Origin: Candidatus Kapaibacterium sp.
GTDB taxonomy: Bacteria; Bacteroidota; Ignavibacteria; Kapaibacteriales; UBA2268
Reading direction: 5' to 3'
DNA: 64,000 bases
NCBI GenBank assembly: GCA_963664875.1
Contig: OY761611.1
Span: forward strand, 160,001 to 224,000
This document shows, piece by piece, positions 1 to 9,482 of the stretch (position 1 is the first letter of the stretch; every line of letters starts with the position of its first letter). Below the pieces are notes generated by a model. The model worked only from the letters and a program-made list of their open reading frames with translations. It had not been told where the DNA came from and searched no databases. The position numbers and the translations under genes were made by a program.

Positions 1-700
1 CACCTTCATCGTAACCAACATAGCCCGGAGGTGCACCAATGAGACGAGATACTGAATGTTTTTCCATGTATTCGCTCATGTCAATTCTAATCATAGAGGA
101 CTGATCATCAAATAAAAATTCGGCTAAGGCACGTGCCATTTCAGTTTTGCCAACACCGGTAGTTCCGAGAAAAATAAATGAGCCTATCGGGCGGTTTTCA
201 TCAGAAAGTCCTGCCCTTGATCTTCTGAGAGCGTTAGAAACGGCATCAACTGCTTCGTTTTGACCAATAACTCGCTGATGTAGCTTTTCTTCCATGTGAA
301 GTAGTTTGTGTATCTCAGTTTCCATCATCTTGCTTAGAGGAATACCTGTCCATTTAGCAATAACTTCAGCTATATCTTCTGTTTCAATTTCTTCTTTTAA
401 GAGTTTTCCGTTTTGCTGGAGCTTGTGGAGTCTTTGGTTTGCAGATTCCAAGTCCTGTTCTAATTTGTGAATAGTTCCGTACCTAAGTTCTGCGACTTTT
501 GCGAGATCTCCGATTTTTTCGTAGTTGTCTGCTTCAGACTTGACAGATTCAATATTTTGTTTTATAGCTCTAATCTGTTGGATCACAATTTTTTCGCTGT
601 GCCATTTTTCAGTCAAATTGCTTTTTTTGGCTTCTAAATCTCTAATTTCCTGTTCAATATCTTCCAATCTTTTCAATGTGTTATTGATGTTAGTGTCCAT
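1..700 (-). CDS. clpB: ClpB C-terminal half (M-domain helix 2 onward + NBD2); runs off the window edge, not in ORF track
   Basis: Manual translation from ATG at 700 is open to base 1: [23 protein letters not shown]...[12 protein letters not shown]...IAKWTGIP...RVIGQ...[18 protein letters not shown]...[29 protein letters not shown]. In-frame TGA at 716-718 upstream; AGGCAGGAAA precedes the ATG. Confidence 0.9.
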   Translation of the reverse strand, partial: MDTNINNTLKRLEDIEQEIRDLEAKKSNLTEKWHSEKIVIQQIRAIKQNIESVKSEADNYEKIGDLAKVAELRYGTIHKLEQDLESANQRLHKLQQNGKLLKEEIETEDIAEVIAKWTGIPLSKMMETEIHKLLHMEEKLHQRVIGQNEAVDAVSNALRRSRAGLSDENRPIGSFIFLGTTGVGKTEMARALAEFLFDDQSSMIRIDMSEYMEKHSVSRLIGAPPGYVGYDEG

Positions 701-902
701 TTTCCTGCCTATGCTTCATTGAACATATCCATTTTAACAAAATACGGAAAATTTTTAAAAATATTTGATTTTGAGCTAAAGCAAAGATAAAGCAAAAGAA
801 AAATAGTAGGCATTAAAAATATTTTCACAGCTTATACTTTTATAAAGTGTCAAATGAAACAAAATAAGAATATGCTATAAAATTATATAGGTAGGTTTAT
901 CC

Positions 903-1811
903 ATGAGTGTACTTTTAAATAAGAAAACTAAAGTGATAGTGCAGGGAATTACCGGTTCTGAAGGTACTTTCCATACATCTCAAATGTTAGAATACGGTAC
1001 TCTGGTTGTGGGAGGTGTTACTCCCGGTAAAGGTGGAACAGAATACGAAGGTAAAGGCGAAGCAAAGTTTATCAAGCCCGTTCCTGTATTCAATACTGTT
1101 AAAGAAGCAGTAGAAAAAACAAAAGCAACAGCAAGTGTAATTTTTGTGCCCCCTGCATTTGCTGCAGATGCAATACTTGAAGCAATCGATGCAGAAATTA
1201 AGCTCATAATTGCGATTACAGAGGGTGTTCCTACCAAAGACATGATTACAGTCAATGCGGCACTAAAAGACTCAAAATCGGTCTTAATAGGGCCAAATTG
1301 CCCGGGTGTTATTACTCCGGGGGAAGCAAAAATTGGTATCATGCCCGGTTTTATCCATACACCGGGTAAAGTAGGTGTAGTTTCAAGAAGTGGCACATTG
1401 ACTTATGAGGCAGTGAAACAACTTTCAGATCTTGGTATTGGTCAATCCACTTGTATTGGTATCGGAGGGGATCCGATTATCGGTACCCAGTTTATAGATG
1501 CTATTAAGCTGTTCAATAAAGATCCTGAGACCGAAGCCATTCTTATGATTGGTGAGATTGGAGGTAACGCTGAAGAAACTGCTGCTGAATATGTAAAACG
1601 GTATGTAGATAAACCTGTCATTGGTTTTATCGCGGGAAGAACAGCACCTCCGGGCAGAAGAATGGGACATGCCGGTGCAATTATAGCCGGTGGTAAAGGT
1701 ACTGCTGACGATAAAATGAAGGCTATGAAAGATGCCGGAATTTTTGTAGTTGAGTCTCCTGCAGAATTAGGAAAAACTGTTCAAAAAGCCTTAAAGAAAA
1801 AGTCTAAGTAA
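903..1811 (+). CDS. sucD: Succinyl-CoA synthetase alpha subunit
   Basis: [34 protein letters not shown] phospho-His motif. Confidence 0.97.
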   Translation: MSVLLNKKTKVIVQGITGSEGTFHTSQMLEYGTLVVGGVTPGKGGTEYEGKGEAKFIKPVPVFNTVKEAVEKTKATASVIFVPPAFAADAILEAIDAEIKLIIAITEGVPTKDMITVNAALKDSKSVLIGPNCPGVITPGEAKIGIMPGFIHTPGKVGVVSRSGTLTYEAVKQLSDLGIGQSTCIGIGGDPIIGTQFIDAIKLFNKDPETEAILMIGEIGGNAEETAAEYVKRYVDKPVIGFIAGRTAPPGRRMGHAGAIIAGGKGTADDKMKAMKDAGIFVVESPAELGKTVQKALKKKSK

Positions 1812-1830
1812 TTAGAAAATATAGAAAATA

Positions 1831-1869
1831 AAGTAGTATCCCGAAGTAGAGTAGGGGTACTATTTTTTT
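1831..1869 (+). terminator. Intrinsic terminator after sucD
   Basis: AGTAGTATCCC...GGGGTACTATT stem followed by T-run. Confidence 0.6.
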
Positions 1870-1978
1870 ATATCTTCTTAAAAATAAATATGGAACTATA
1901 TAGTCAATTAGCTATTAAAAATTCTCAAGTTTGAGACTTTTTTTATTTTATGTGTTATTTTTATATATTGGAGTTCTA

Positions 1979-2407
1979 ATGGGAAATATTACATTAGCAA
2001 TGATAAAACCTGATGCTGTCGAAGCAAATAATATAGGTCAGATAATTCAAAAATATACAGAAGCAGGTTTCAAAATTCGTGCAATGAAGATGACTAAACT
2101 CAGCGAAAAACAAGCTCAGGCATTTTATGCTGTCCACAAAGAGCGTTCGTTTTTCGATGACTTAGTGAAGTTTATGACACGAGGTAAAATAGTTGCTTTG
2201 TCATTAGAAAAAGAAAATGCTGTAGAGGATTATAGATTGCTGATAGGGGCTACAGACCCGGCAGAAGCAAAAGAAGGCACAATTAGAAAACTATTTGGCA
2301 AAAGTAAAGAAGAAAATGCAGTACATGGTTCGGATTCGGACGAAAATGCAATAATAGAAACTAATTTCTTCTTTTCAGCTTCTGAGATGGCAGAATTAGT
2401 ATGTTGA
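1979..2407 (+). CDS. ndk: Nucleoside diphosphate kinase
   Basis: [19 protein letters not shown]; likely start at ATG 1979 after GGAG rather than 1931. Confidence 0.96.
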   Translation: MGNITLAMIKPDAVEANNIGQIIQKYTEAGFKIRAMKMTKLSEKQAQAFYAVHKERSFFDDLVKFMTRGKIVALSLEKENAVEDYRLLIGATDPAEAKEGTIRKLFGKSKEENAVHGSDSDENAIIETNFFFSASEMAELVC

Positions 2408-2416
2408 TAAATAAAT

Positions 2417-2965
2417 ATGTTGCGTGAAAAATATAAAACTATAAATAGTGAAATAATATACAGTAATCCTTATTGGGAATACAGATTAGACAAATATATT
2501 ATGCCTTCAGGTCGTGATGGCTTTTATCACTATGTTCAATCAAGAGGTGCTACTTTGGTAGTGCCTCTTACTGCTTCTGGGAAATTGGTTTGCACCGTGC
2601 AGCATAGATACTTAAACCAAAAGTTAAGCATCGAATTCCCGGGGGGTGGCATCAAAGAAGGATTGCTTCCTATCGAAAACGCAAGGGAAGAATTAAAAGA
2701 GGAAACAGGCTACGAGGCTCAGTCTTTAGAAAAAATTGGTGAGTATAATCCTTTTAATGGCGTAACTAACGAAATTTGCAGTATTTTTGTTGCTAAAGAT
2801 TTGCAACAGGGAACTCAGATTTTGGAAGAATCTGAAGAAATCCATATAATTGAGCTTACACAAAAAGAGTTTGTAGATAAAATTAGAACTAATGAAATAT
2901 GGGACGGTATGACCTTAGCTGCTTGGAGTTTATTTTCCGCTAACTATTTGAAAGGAGGCTTATAA
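2417..2965 (+). CDS. NUDIX hydrolase (ADP-ribose pyrophosphatase-like)
   Basis: EFPGG...AREELKEETG Nudix box. Confidence 0.88.
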   Translation: MLREKYKTINSEIIYSNPYWEYRLDKYIMPSGRDGFYHYVQSRGATLVVPLTASGKLVCTVQHRYLNQKLSIEFPGGGIKEGLLPIENAREELKEETGYEAQSLEKIGEYNPFNGVTNEICSIFVAKDLQQGTQILEESEEIHIIELTQKEFVDKIRTNEIWDGMTLAAWSLFSANYLKGGL

Positions 2966-3909
2966 TGAAAAAATTAGCTGTGTTATTTTTGAGTCTGTTT
3001 TTCTGTTTTTCTTTTTTAAGAGCTGAAGAAGAAATATTTTACATTTTGAAGCCTAACTTCAGAGTCGGTATTATCAATCTTTACAAAATGACTGAGGTAA
3101 ACAATGTAAAGCGTTTACTCGAATCAGGTGATACTCTTAAATACAACAGAAAAATAGAATATTACTTTTCGCTTTATTGCCCGGCAAATCCTATTGACGG
3201 ATTTTATGATTTAGATGTCTCTATGGATTCTTTGTCGTATTCTTTCTCTGATGGTACAATTTCAAAATCATATAAAACAATGGATCAGAAACCTGCACCA
3301 TACTCGTTTCAGGATTTTGAAATGGTCGGGCCTACTGACGGCAAAAAGTTTACATTGACTTATTCTCCATACGGAGAAGTTGCAAAAGTCTCCGGCGAAA
3401 TACTGGAAAAAGCTATAAAGATGTTAGACGACAAAGCATTTGGTATCAAAGATCCGGTGAGAAAGCAAATATGGTCTAATGCATATTCCTATGACCATTT
3501 GACTTACATTGCTGATGTTACTAAAAACTATTTTCCATTAGGCAAGATAGGCAGAGATTCTGTTTGGCAAAATCCGATTTCACTTGATTTGAACAGAGTA
3601 TATTTTGCGGACACATTGAAAGCAAGAATAGACAAAATTTCAAACGAAAAATATATCCTCCGTGCAAATTTAGACTCTTTAAAAGCAATTTCAGGAATTT
3701 CGATGCTTTATGATATCAAAGATCCTGTGCAGGTAATTGAGTCCGAAGGGAAAGGCATCTTAGATTTTGAATTTTCACCTGCAGGAGTCATCAATTACAT
3801 CAATGGAGAATTTTCTACGAAAGTAAAGTATAAACACAAAACAAAAGAAATAATTGAATTTACCGATACAAAGCTAAATTGGGAATTATTGAACCGACTT
3901 ACTTATTAG
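2965..3909 (+). CDS. Exported hypothetical protein (beta-rich, possibly DUF6263-like)
   Basis: Signal peptide MKKLAVLFLSLFFCFSFLRA; AGGAGG RBS; family guess from general pattern only. Confidence 0.6.
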   Translation: MKKLAVLFLSLFFCFSFLRAEEEIFYILKPNFRVGIINLYKMTEVNNVKRLLESGDTLKYNRKIEYYFSLYCPANPIDGFYDLDVSMDSLSYSFSDGTISKSYKTMDQKPAPYSFQDFEMVGPTDGKKFTLTYSPYGEVAKVSGEILEKAIKMLDDKAFGIKDPVRKQIWSNAYSYDHLTYIADVTKNYFPLGKIGRDSVWQNPISLDLNRVYFADTLKARIDKISNEKYILRANLDSLKAISGISMLYDIKDPVQVIESEGKGILDFEFSPAGVINYINGEFSTKVKYKHKTKEIIEFTDTKLNWELLNRLTY

Positions 3910-3929
3910 AAAATCTCGGAAAAAAGTAT

Positions 3930-3973
3930 AAAAAAAAACTACCATGTAATCTCTACAAGGTAGTTTTTTTTTT
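3930..3973. terminator. Bidirectional intrinsic terminator
   Basis: A-run, ACTACC..GGTAGT stem, T-run between convergent genes. Confidence 0.75.
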
Positions 3974-4003
3974 GAAATATACACAATTGGAATTAAGGCA
4001 CTG

Positions 4004-4369
4004 CTAATCCACTTCTTCCCAAGGCAAGTTGACTTTAATCGCCATCGCTTTGGGTATAGAGCTGATGATGGCAGGATTGAGAGCTTTAGTCAGAAATAGA
4101 GAAATTCCGGGTTGCTTAGATTCCGGAGCTTCAGCCCAGCTGACGTAAACTCCTATGTGCTGAAACGCTTGGATAGCAAGCTCAGCTTTGTTTGATTTTA
4201 AGTGCGCACCAATATTTCCATAACCAACGCTAAGGAATTTAGTGTTATTACCGGCACCGGTCCATATTACAAAAACGCCTTCTGAGCCTTGAAGATATTC
4301 ATGATTCAAATCAAGTTTAAATAAATTACACCATTGATTGCCTTTACATTTAAACCATTCTAAAGTCAT
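4004..4369 (-). CDS. Small hypothetical protein, degenerate GIY-YIG-like fold
   Basis: GVFVIW...LSVGYG spacing resembles the GIY-YIG hairpin; CxxxxWC near the N-terminus. Confidence 0.5.
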   Translation of the reverse strand: MTLEWFKCKGNQWCNLFKLDLNHEYLQGSEGVFVIWTGAGNNTKFLSVGYGNIGAHLKSNKAELAIQAFQHIGVYVSWAEAPESKQPGISLFLTKALNPAIISSIPKAMAIKVNLPWEEVD

Positions 4370-4388
4370 ACTAATATCCTTATAATTT

Positions 4389-5087
4389 TTACTTATTTAC
4401 AAAATAAGAAATACCGCAAATTGCTGCAGTTTCGGCTCTTAGTCGCCTATTGCCTAATTTCCAGACTGTTGGATTGGCTGCTTTGATTGCAGATAATTCT
4501 TTGTCGGAAAATCCACCTTCCGGTCCTACTAATATTATATGCTCTACATTGGCAGCTATTTCAGCATTTTCGGGGTGAGTTCCGTCTTCGTCTAACAAAA
4601 TAAAATTGATGTTATCTCTTAAATTTAATAACTGATTCAGTTTAATATTATTGTGAATTATTGGCAAATTTGAACGTTTGCATTGTTTAATTGCTGCAAT
4701 TGCTTTTGCTTCGAGTCTTTCGTCGCCGAGTTTTAGCCTTTCGCTGTGGTCAGCATCTATTATATAAATAGCATAAACGCCAAGCTCTATTGCTTTTTCT
4801 ATTGCAAATTCCAGTCTGTCCCTATTTGATAATCTTCCTATGGCTAATGAGTAGCTTATCGACGCCTCGCCCGAATTAAGAGAAAACGAAACCGGAGTCA
4901 GCTTATATTGATTTTTTGCGATGAGTTCTACTCGGCACTCGGCAGTGAGTCCTTTCCCGTTAGTTACAAGGATGTGCTCAGATTCGGAAAGTCGGAGTGC
5001 TTTCAAATGTTTGCTTTCTTCCACAGGTGGAGTGAAAGGAGCAAAAATTTCCTGAAGTTCTTTATAATAAATACATTCCATAAACAT
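4389..5087 (-). CDS. rsmE: 16S rRNA m3U1498 methyltransferase
   Basis: HLKALRL, EKAIELGV, VGPEGGFS, LGNRRLRAETAA. Confidence 0.93.
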   Translation of the reverse strand: MFMECIYYKELQEIFAPFTPPVEESKHLKALRLSESEHILVTNGKGLTAECRVELIAKNQYKLTPVSFSLNSGEASISYSLAIGRLSNRDRLEFAIEKAIELGVYAIYIIDADHSERLKLGDERLEAKAIAAIKQCKRSNLPIIHNNIKLNQLLNLRDNINFILLDEDGTHPENAEIAANVEHIILVGPEGGFSDKELSAIKAANPTVWKLGNRRLRAETAAICGISYFVNK

Positions 5088-5153
5088 TAATACTATCGGT
5101 AGTTCAAAGGATTTTTATTATTTTTGATTATACGAATAATCGGAAGAATCATA

Positions 5154-7388
5154 ATGGCTGCAAAGCAAACTCTGTTCCAAAAGTTAGTAAACGAAAAAAA
5201 CTCGCACAATTACGACGAGAAAACCGGTCTAAAATACTCATGGCAATTAAGATTTTTGATACTATTAGTTACAGTGCTTTCCTGTAGCGTCTTTTTTGTT
5301 TTCCATTTAGAACAGGATATGAACAATCTGAATCAGTTTGCCGGGGTTGCCGGTTCCACTTGGTCTGAGCAAACTGTTGTTGCTGATTATTCTTTTCCGG
5401 TTTACAAGCCGGCGATAGAATATCAGAATGATATCAACAAAGCACTCAAATCAGTACCTTCAGTTTTTATTTTTGATAAAAACTCTTATAAAATAGCTAA
5501 AGACCATGTTTCTATGATATTGGGGCTATTGGAATCATACGACGAAGAATCAAACACAAGTATTCAGACTCCTTATCTGACTGAGAGCAATATACAATCT
5601 TTTATTTCCTTAAAAAAGAAGCAAAGGCTTAGCTTTTTATCAAAATGCAAAACTATTATCAATGAGTATATTGAGAAAACTTATAGCAATGGTTTTGTTG
5701 ATATTGCTGTTTCAGGAATTAAGACAGACTATATTATTATTCAAACTGATGATAATCAAAGAAAAAATATCAAAACTTATACTCTTACAGATAACTCCAC
5801 TTTGATGGATAAATATGAGAAAAACATTCTTGTTCGATTCGAATCGCAGACTCATGAGCTGCTTAAACAGCTCATATCAGAAAATATGAGACCTAATCTG
5901 CTTTATTCGTCGGATTTGACTGAAATATATAGAGAGAATGTCAAGAATTCGGTTGCCAGGACTTTAGGAGTTGTGAAAAAAGGTGAAGTAATCATCAATA
6001 AAAATGATTTGATTACAGAAAATCATATAGCTAAACTCAATTCCTACTATCTGTCTAATAAAATGAAAACAGAATCGAGTATTAGTATTACAAATATCCT
6101 TGGCTCAATAGGGCACTTCTTTACTATTTACACTGTGCTTTTGTTTTATCTGTTTTACATACGCAAGCGTATTTTTTACGATAACACACAGCTGACTATT
6201 ATAAGTGTAATTTTAGTATTGACTTCTATGCTGGCTTGGGTTTCTATGGAGATACCGAGTTCGTTCCCTTTAGAATACCTAATTGTAGTGCCGGCATTTT
6301 CTATGCTTGCTGCAATTGTGTTTGATTCTCGAACAGGTTTTTATCTCACTGTAACCATTTCATTGCTTGTAGCAGGAATAAGAGGTGCGGATTATATTAC
6401 CGGAGTAAGTTTGATGTTCGCCGGCACATTGGCGGCCTATACTGTAAAAGATATTCAAAACAGAACGCAGATGTTCCAATCCATATTCTTTATATTTTTA
6501 GGTTTTCTTGTGCCGATAACAGCTTTTAATCTTGAAAGATCAATGGATATGGACATCATGATTAAGCAGCTTATTTTGGCATCAGTCAATTCCGCTATAT
6601 CGCCTCTTATTACTTTCGGTATGTTGATTTTGACTGAAAGATTATCAAATATTGCAACTGATCTGAGAATTCAGGAATTTGATTCTCTCAATCATCCCTT
6701 ACTAAAAAAAATGAGCGATATTGCACCCGGAACTTATCAGCATACTCTTTCTGTTGCTACTCTTGCTGAAAGGTGTGCCGACGCTATTGGGGCTAATCCA
6801 TTATTGACAAAAGTAGGAACTTACTATCACGATATTGGCAAAATGTCTAAAGCCGAATATTTTACTGAAAACCAGATGGATATTGGAAACAAACATGATA
6901 TGCTTCCACCTAAAAAAAGTGCGCAAGCTATCAGAGATCACGTATCCGAAGGTATTTTGCTGGCTCGTCAATATAAGCTGCCAAAAAGATTGATAGATTT
7001 TATTCCTATGCATCATGGCACTACTCTGATTAAACACTTTTATGCGAAAGCACTCGAACAGGCTGCAGAGGGAGAAACTGTAGATCAAAGAGATTTTCGA
7101 TATCCGGGGCCAAAGCCTGCTACAAAAGAATCTGCAATACTTATGATTTGCGATACTGCTGAAGCTATGTCGAGAATTCAAGTGAAAGACCACTCCGAAT
7201 TAGAAAACATGATAAAGAATAATATCAAAGAGCGGTTGCTTGACGGTCAGTTCGATGAGTGCGACATAACTATGAAAGATTTGGATGTAATCAAAGAAAC
7301 TATATTGAAAGATCTGATTTCCAGAGGTCATCAGAGAGTCAAATACAAAGAGATACCAAAAACTGAAGATGAACAAGAAACAAAATAA
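5154..7388 (+). CDS. 7TM-HD (HDIG) phosphohydrolase, PgpH/YqfF-like cyclic-dinucleotide phosphodiesterase
   Basis: Extracytoplasmic domain, 7 TM segments, APGTYQH, YHDIGK, HHGT, FRYPGPKP. Confidence 0.88.
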   Translation: MAAKQTLFQKLVNEKNSHNYDEKTGLKYSWQLRFLILLVTVLSCSVFFVFHLEQDMNNLNQFAGVAGSTWSEQTVVADYSFPVYKPAIEYQNDINKALKSVPSVFIFDKNSYKIAKDHVSMILGLLESYDEESNTSIQTPYLTESNIQSFISLKKKQRLSFLSKCKTIINEYIEKTYSNGFVDIAVSGIKTDYIIIQTDDNQRKNIKTYTLTDNSTLMDKYEKNILVRFESQTHELLKQLISENMRPNLLYSSDLTEIYRENVKNSVARTLGVVKKGEVIINKNDLITENHIAKLNSYYLSNKMKTESSISITNILGSIGHFFTIYTVLLFYLFYIRKRIFYDNTQLTIISVILVLTSMLAWVSMEIPSSFPLEYLIVVPAFSMLAAIVFDSRTGFYLTVTISLLVAGIRGADYITGVSLMFAGTLAAYTVKDIQNRTQMFQSIFFIFLGFLVPITAFNLERSMDMDIMIKQLILASVNSAISPLITFGMLILTERLSNIATDLRIQEFDSLNHPLLKKMSDIAPGTYQHTLSVATLAERCADAIGANPLLTKVGTYYHDIGKMSKAEYFTENQMDIGNKHDMLPPKKSAQAIRDHVSEGILLARQYKLPKRLIDFIPMHHGTTLIKHFYAKALEQAAEGETVDQRDFRYPGPKPATKESAILMICDTAEAMSRIQVKDHSELENMIKNNIKERLLDGQFDECDITMKDLDVIKETILKDLISRGHQRVKYKEIPKTEDEQETK

Positions 7389-8295
7389 AGAAACGCTGCC
7401 TAAGCCATTTATTAGACAAATAAAGCAGTTTATCGAGTATGTTAGTCTCGAAAAGGGGCTATCGGAAAATACAATAGTCTCATATAAAAATGATTTGAAC
7501 AATTTGGCACAGTTCTTATATTCTATGGAGCTGGAAACTTTTGAAAATGCAGTCAAGGAAGACTTGATTGCATTTCTTTTTTATATTGCAGATCTCGGGT
7601 TGTCAAATTCCACTCGGGCAAGATACCTTTCTACATTTCGTAGTTTTTTTAAGTATTTGCTTTCAGAGGGGTATATCAAGACAGACATAAGTGAAACTGT
7701 GGAAATGCCAAAGCCTAAACGCAAAATACCCGACACTTTATCCTATTTTGAAATAAACTCAATAATAAACGCCCCCGACACAGAGACTGAAGCCGGAATA
7801 AGGGACAGAGCTATGCTCGAAGTGCTTTATGCCTGTGGTCTAAGAGTTTCAGAGCTGCTAACGATACAAAGGAAAGATATTCTCACTGAGATGGAAATAG
7901 TCAGAGTAATCGGTAAAGGCTCGAAAGAAAGATTTGTACCAATCGGCAAAGCAGCTTTAGAGTGGCTAAATGCTTATTTGGTTCGGGTTAGACCACAAAT
8001 AGCAGGCATAGCTTCGGCTGATGTAGTCTTTCTCAATCAACGAGGCAAACCAATGAGCAGAATGGGATTTTGGAAAATCCTTAAAAAATATACTGACCAA
8101 TCCGGCATTTTAAAAAATGTACACCCTCACATTTTCCGCCATTCTTTTGCAACACATTTGCTGGAAGGAGGAGCTGATTTGCGTGCCGTACAGGAAATGC
8201 TGGGGCATTCTGATATATCAACAACCCAAATATATACACATATTGACAGAGAATACCTAAAAGAAGTGCATAAAACTTTTCATCCCAGATCCTAA
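7369..8295 (+). CDS. xerD: Site-specific tyrosine recombinase XerD
   Basis: LYACGLRVSEL, GKGSKER, HPHIFRHSFATHLL, LGHSDISTTQIYTH, C-terminal HPR. Confidence 0.9.
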   Translation: MNKKQNKETLPKPFIRQIKQFIEYVSLEKGLSENTIVSYKNDLNNLAQFLYSMELETFENAVKEDLIAFLFYIADLGLSNSTRARYLSTFRSFFKYLLSEGYIKTDISETVEMPKPKRKIPDTLSYFEINSIINAPDTETEAGIRDRAMLEVLYACGLRVSELLTIQRKDILTEMEIVRVIGKGSKERFVPIGKAALEWLNAYLVRVRPQIAGIASADVVFLNQRGKPMSRMGFWKILKKYTDQSGILKNVHPHIFRHSFATHLLEGGADLRAVQEMLGHSDISTTQIYTHIDREYLKEVHKTFHPRS

Positions 8296-8320
8296 TCAAG
8301 CCGTGAGATTTGAACAAATT

Positions 8321-8380
8321 ATGGCGGGGCAATTTCCGGAGGGAAAATTGGTCAATTTTTAGGGAATTGGGAATGTAAAA
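8321..8380 (+). repeat. Pre-gene repeat R1, copy 1
   Basis: ATGGCGGGGCAATTTCCGGAG...GGAATTGGGAATGTAAAA; matches 9425-9465. Confidence 0.8.
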
Positions 8381-8398
8381 TATTATTAGGATTATAAA

Positions 8399-9112
8399 GT
8401 GAGAAATTATTTATATTATATATTTGTCTTGCTTCTGATTTACACTGCCTGCGATCCTGTAAAAAAAGAAGATAGTAATGAAAGTAAAGTCAGAGCTATT
8501 GAGTATAAAAACATACATTCAATAGAAATCATGGATAGTTCTATGATAAATAATCAGCAAATAACTGATTTAAAAATGGTTGCTGTGAGAATTAGTATTG
8601 CAAGTTTTTGGGGTACATATGGTGCTTTATATTTTTCAGTTAATCAAGGGACATATCCATTTTTTAATGAAGTAAATGATATTGAAATTATTTTTAGTCG
8701 AGGCTGGTTTCCAACATATTATTTTGTCGGAATCAAATTAGACAGTGCAATAAATAGTGGTAAAGCATATATAATCTCATGGAAAAGCAAAGATAACATA
8801 ATAGAATATGGCAAGTCAATAAACAAGGATAGTATAGATAAAGCAAAGTCGAAAATAAATTTTTTTGATCCTAGTAATGCGTTAATTAACGAATCTACTT
8901 ATAGTGTAAAAACTAGTCTATCAAAAGAAATATTTTTGCAAATGTTCCCAAAATTCAATGGTGAATATGAGCATATAAATCCTGATACTCTGTTTTTCAA
9001 TTCGAATTATGGAGTCGACAACTTAGACTTTTATTTAAGCATAAATTGTACTAATTATGTAATAACTAAATGGTCTGAGTATGAGACCTACAGAAGTTTT
9101 ACGAGACATTAG
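8399..9112 (+). CDS. Hypothetical lipoprotein, putative orphan immunity protein
   Basis: Lipobox-like IYTA-C; AT-rich; Rhs-remnant context. Confidence 0.6.
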   Translation: MRNYLYYIFVLLLIYTACDPVKKEDSNESKVRAIEYKNIHSIEIMDSSMINNQQITDLKMVAVRISIASFWGTYGALYFSVNQGTYPFFNEVNDIEIIFSRGWFPTYYFVGIKLDSAINSGKAYIISWKSKDNIIEYGKSINKDSIDKAKSKINFFDPSNALINESTYSVKTSLSKEIFLQMFPKFNGEYEHINPDTLFFNSNYGVDNLDFYLSINCTNYVITKWSEYETYRSFTRH

Positions 9113-9218
9113 GATAAACGTAAATATATTAATCAAAGAATCAAGCTCTGAATTTGCTTTTTCTTTTCAAACTAATTTACTTAATCTTCCATTTGGAAAG
9201 ATAGCTCCTGCCATAGGT

Positions 9219-9350
9219 GGAGACAACGTCGTACGTAAAATAGATTATGGGCTGGGCTGGTTTACTACCATAGATCCACTGTGGGAGGAATACTACGCAT
9301 TGTCACCGTACCATTATAGTATGAATAATCCGGTGAGTTTGGCAGATTAT
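9219..9350 (+). pseudogene. Rhs repeat-associated core remnant
   Basis: GDNVVRKIDYGLGWFTTIDPLWEEYYALSPYHYSMNNPVSLAD = Rhs core (YD..GRF.S.DP...SPY.Y..NNP....D) with no upstream body and no intact toxin. Confidence 0.85.
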
Positions 9351-9424
9351 TATTCAATCTTTCCTTATTATTGACTATTGCCATCCGGCATTTGAAGTCA
9401 AGGTTAAGAAGGATTAGTCAGCAA

Positions 9425-9465
9425 ATGGTGGGGCAATTTTCGGAGAGGAATTGGGAATTGTAAAA
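9425..9465 (+). repeat. Pre-gene repeat R1, copy 2
   Basis: ATGGTGGGGCAATTTTCGGAGAGGAATTGGGAATTGTAAAA. Confidence 0.8.
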
Positions 9466-9482
9466 CAATATTTGGAAAGTAA

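Noticed and set aside
525-722. 65-aa plus-strand ORF
   Set aside because: Antisense shadow of the clpB fragment.
9081-9374. 97-aa ORF as a real gene
   Set aside because: Chance read-through from the end of the lipoprotein gene into the Rhs-core remnant; only the last half is Rhs-like.
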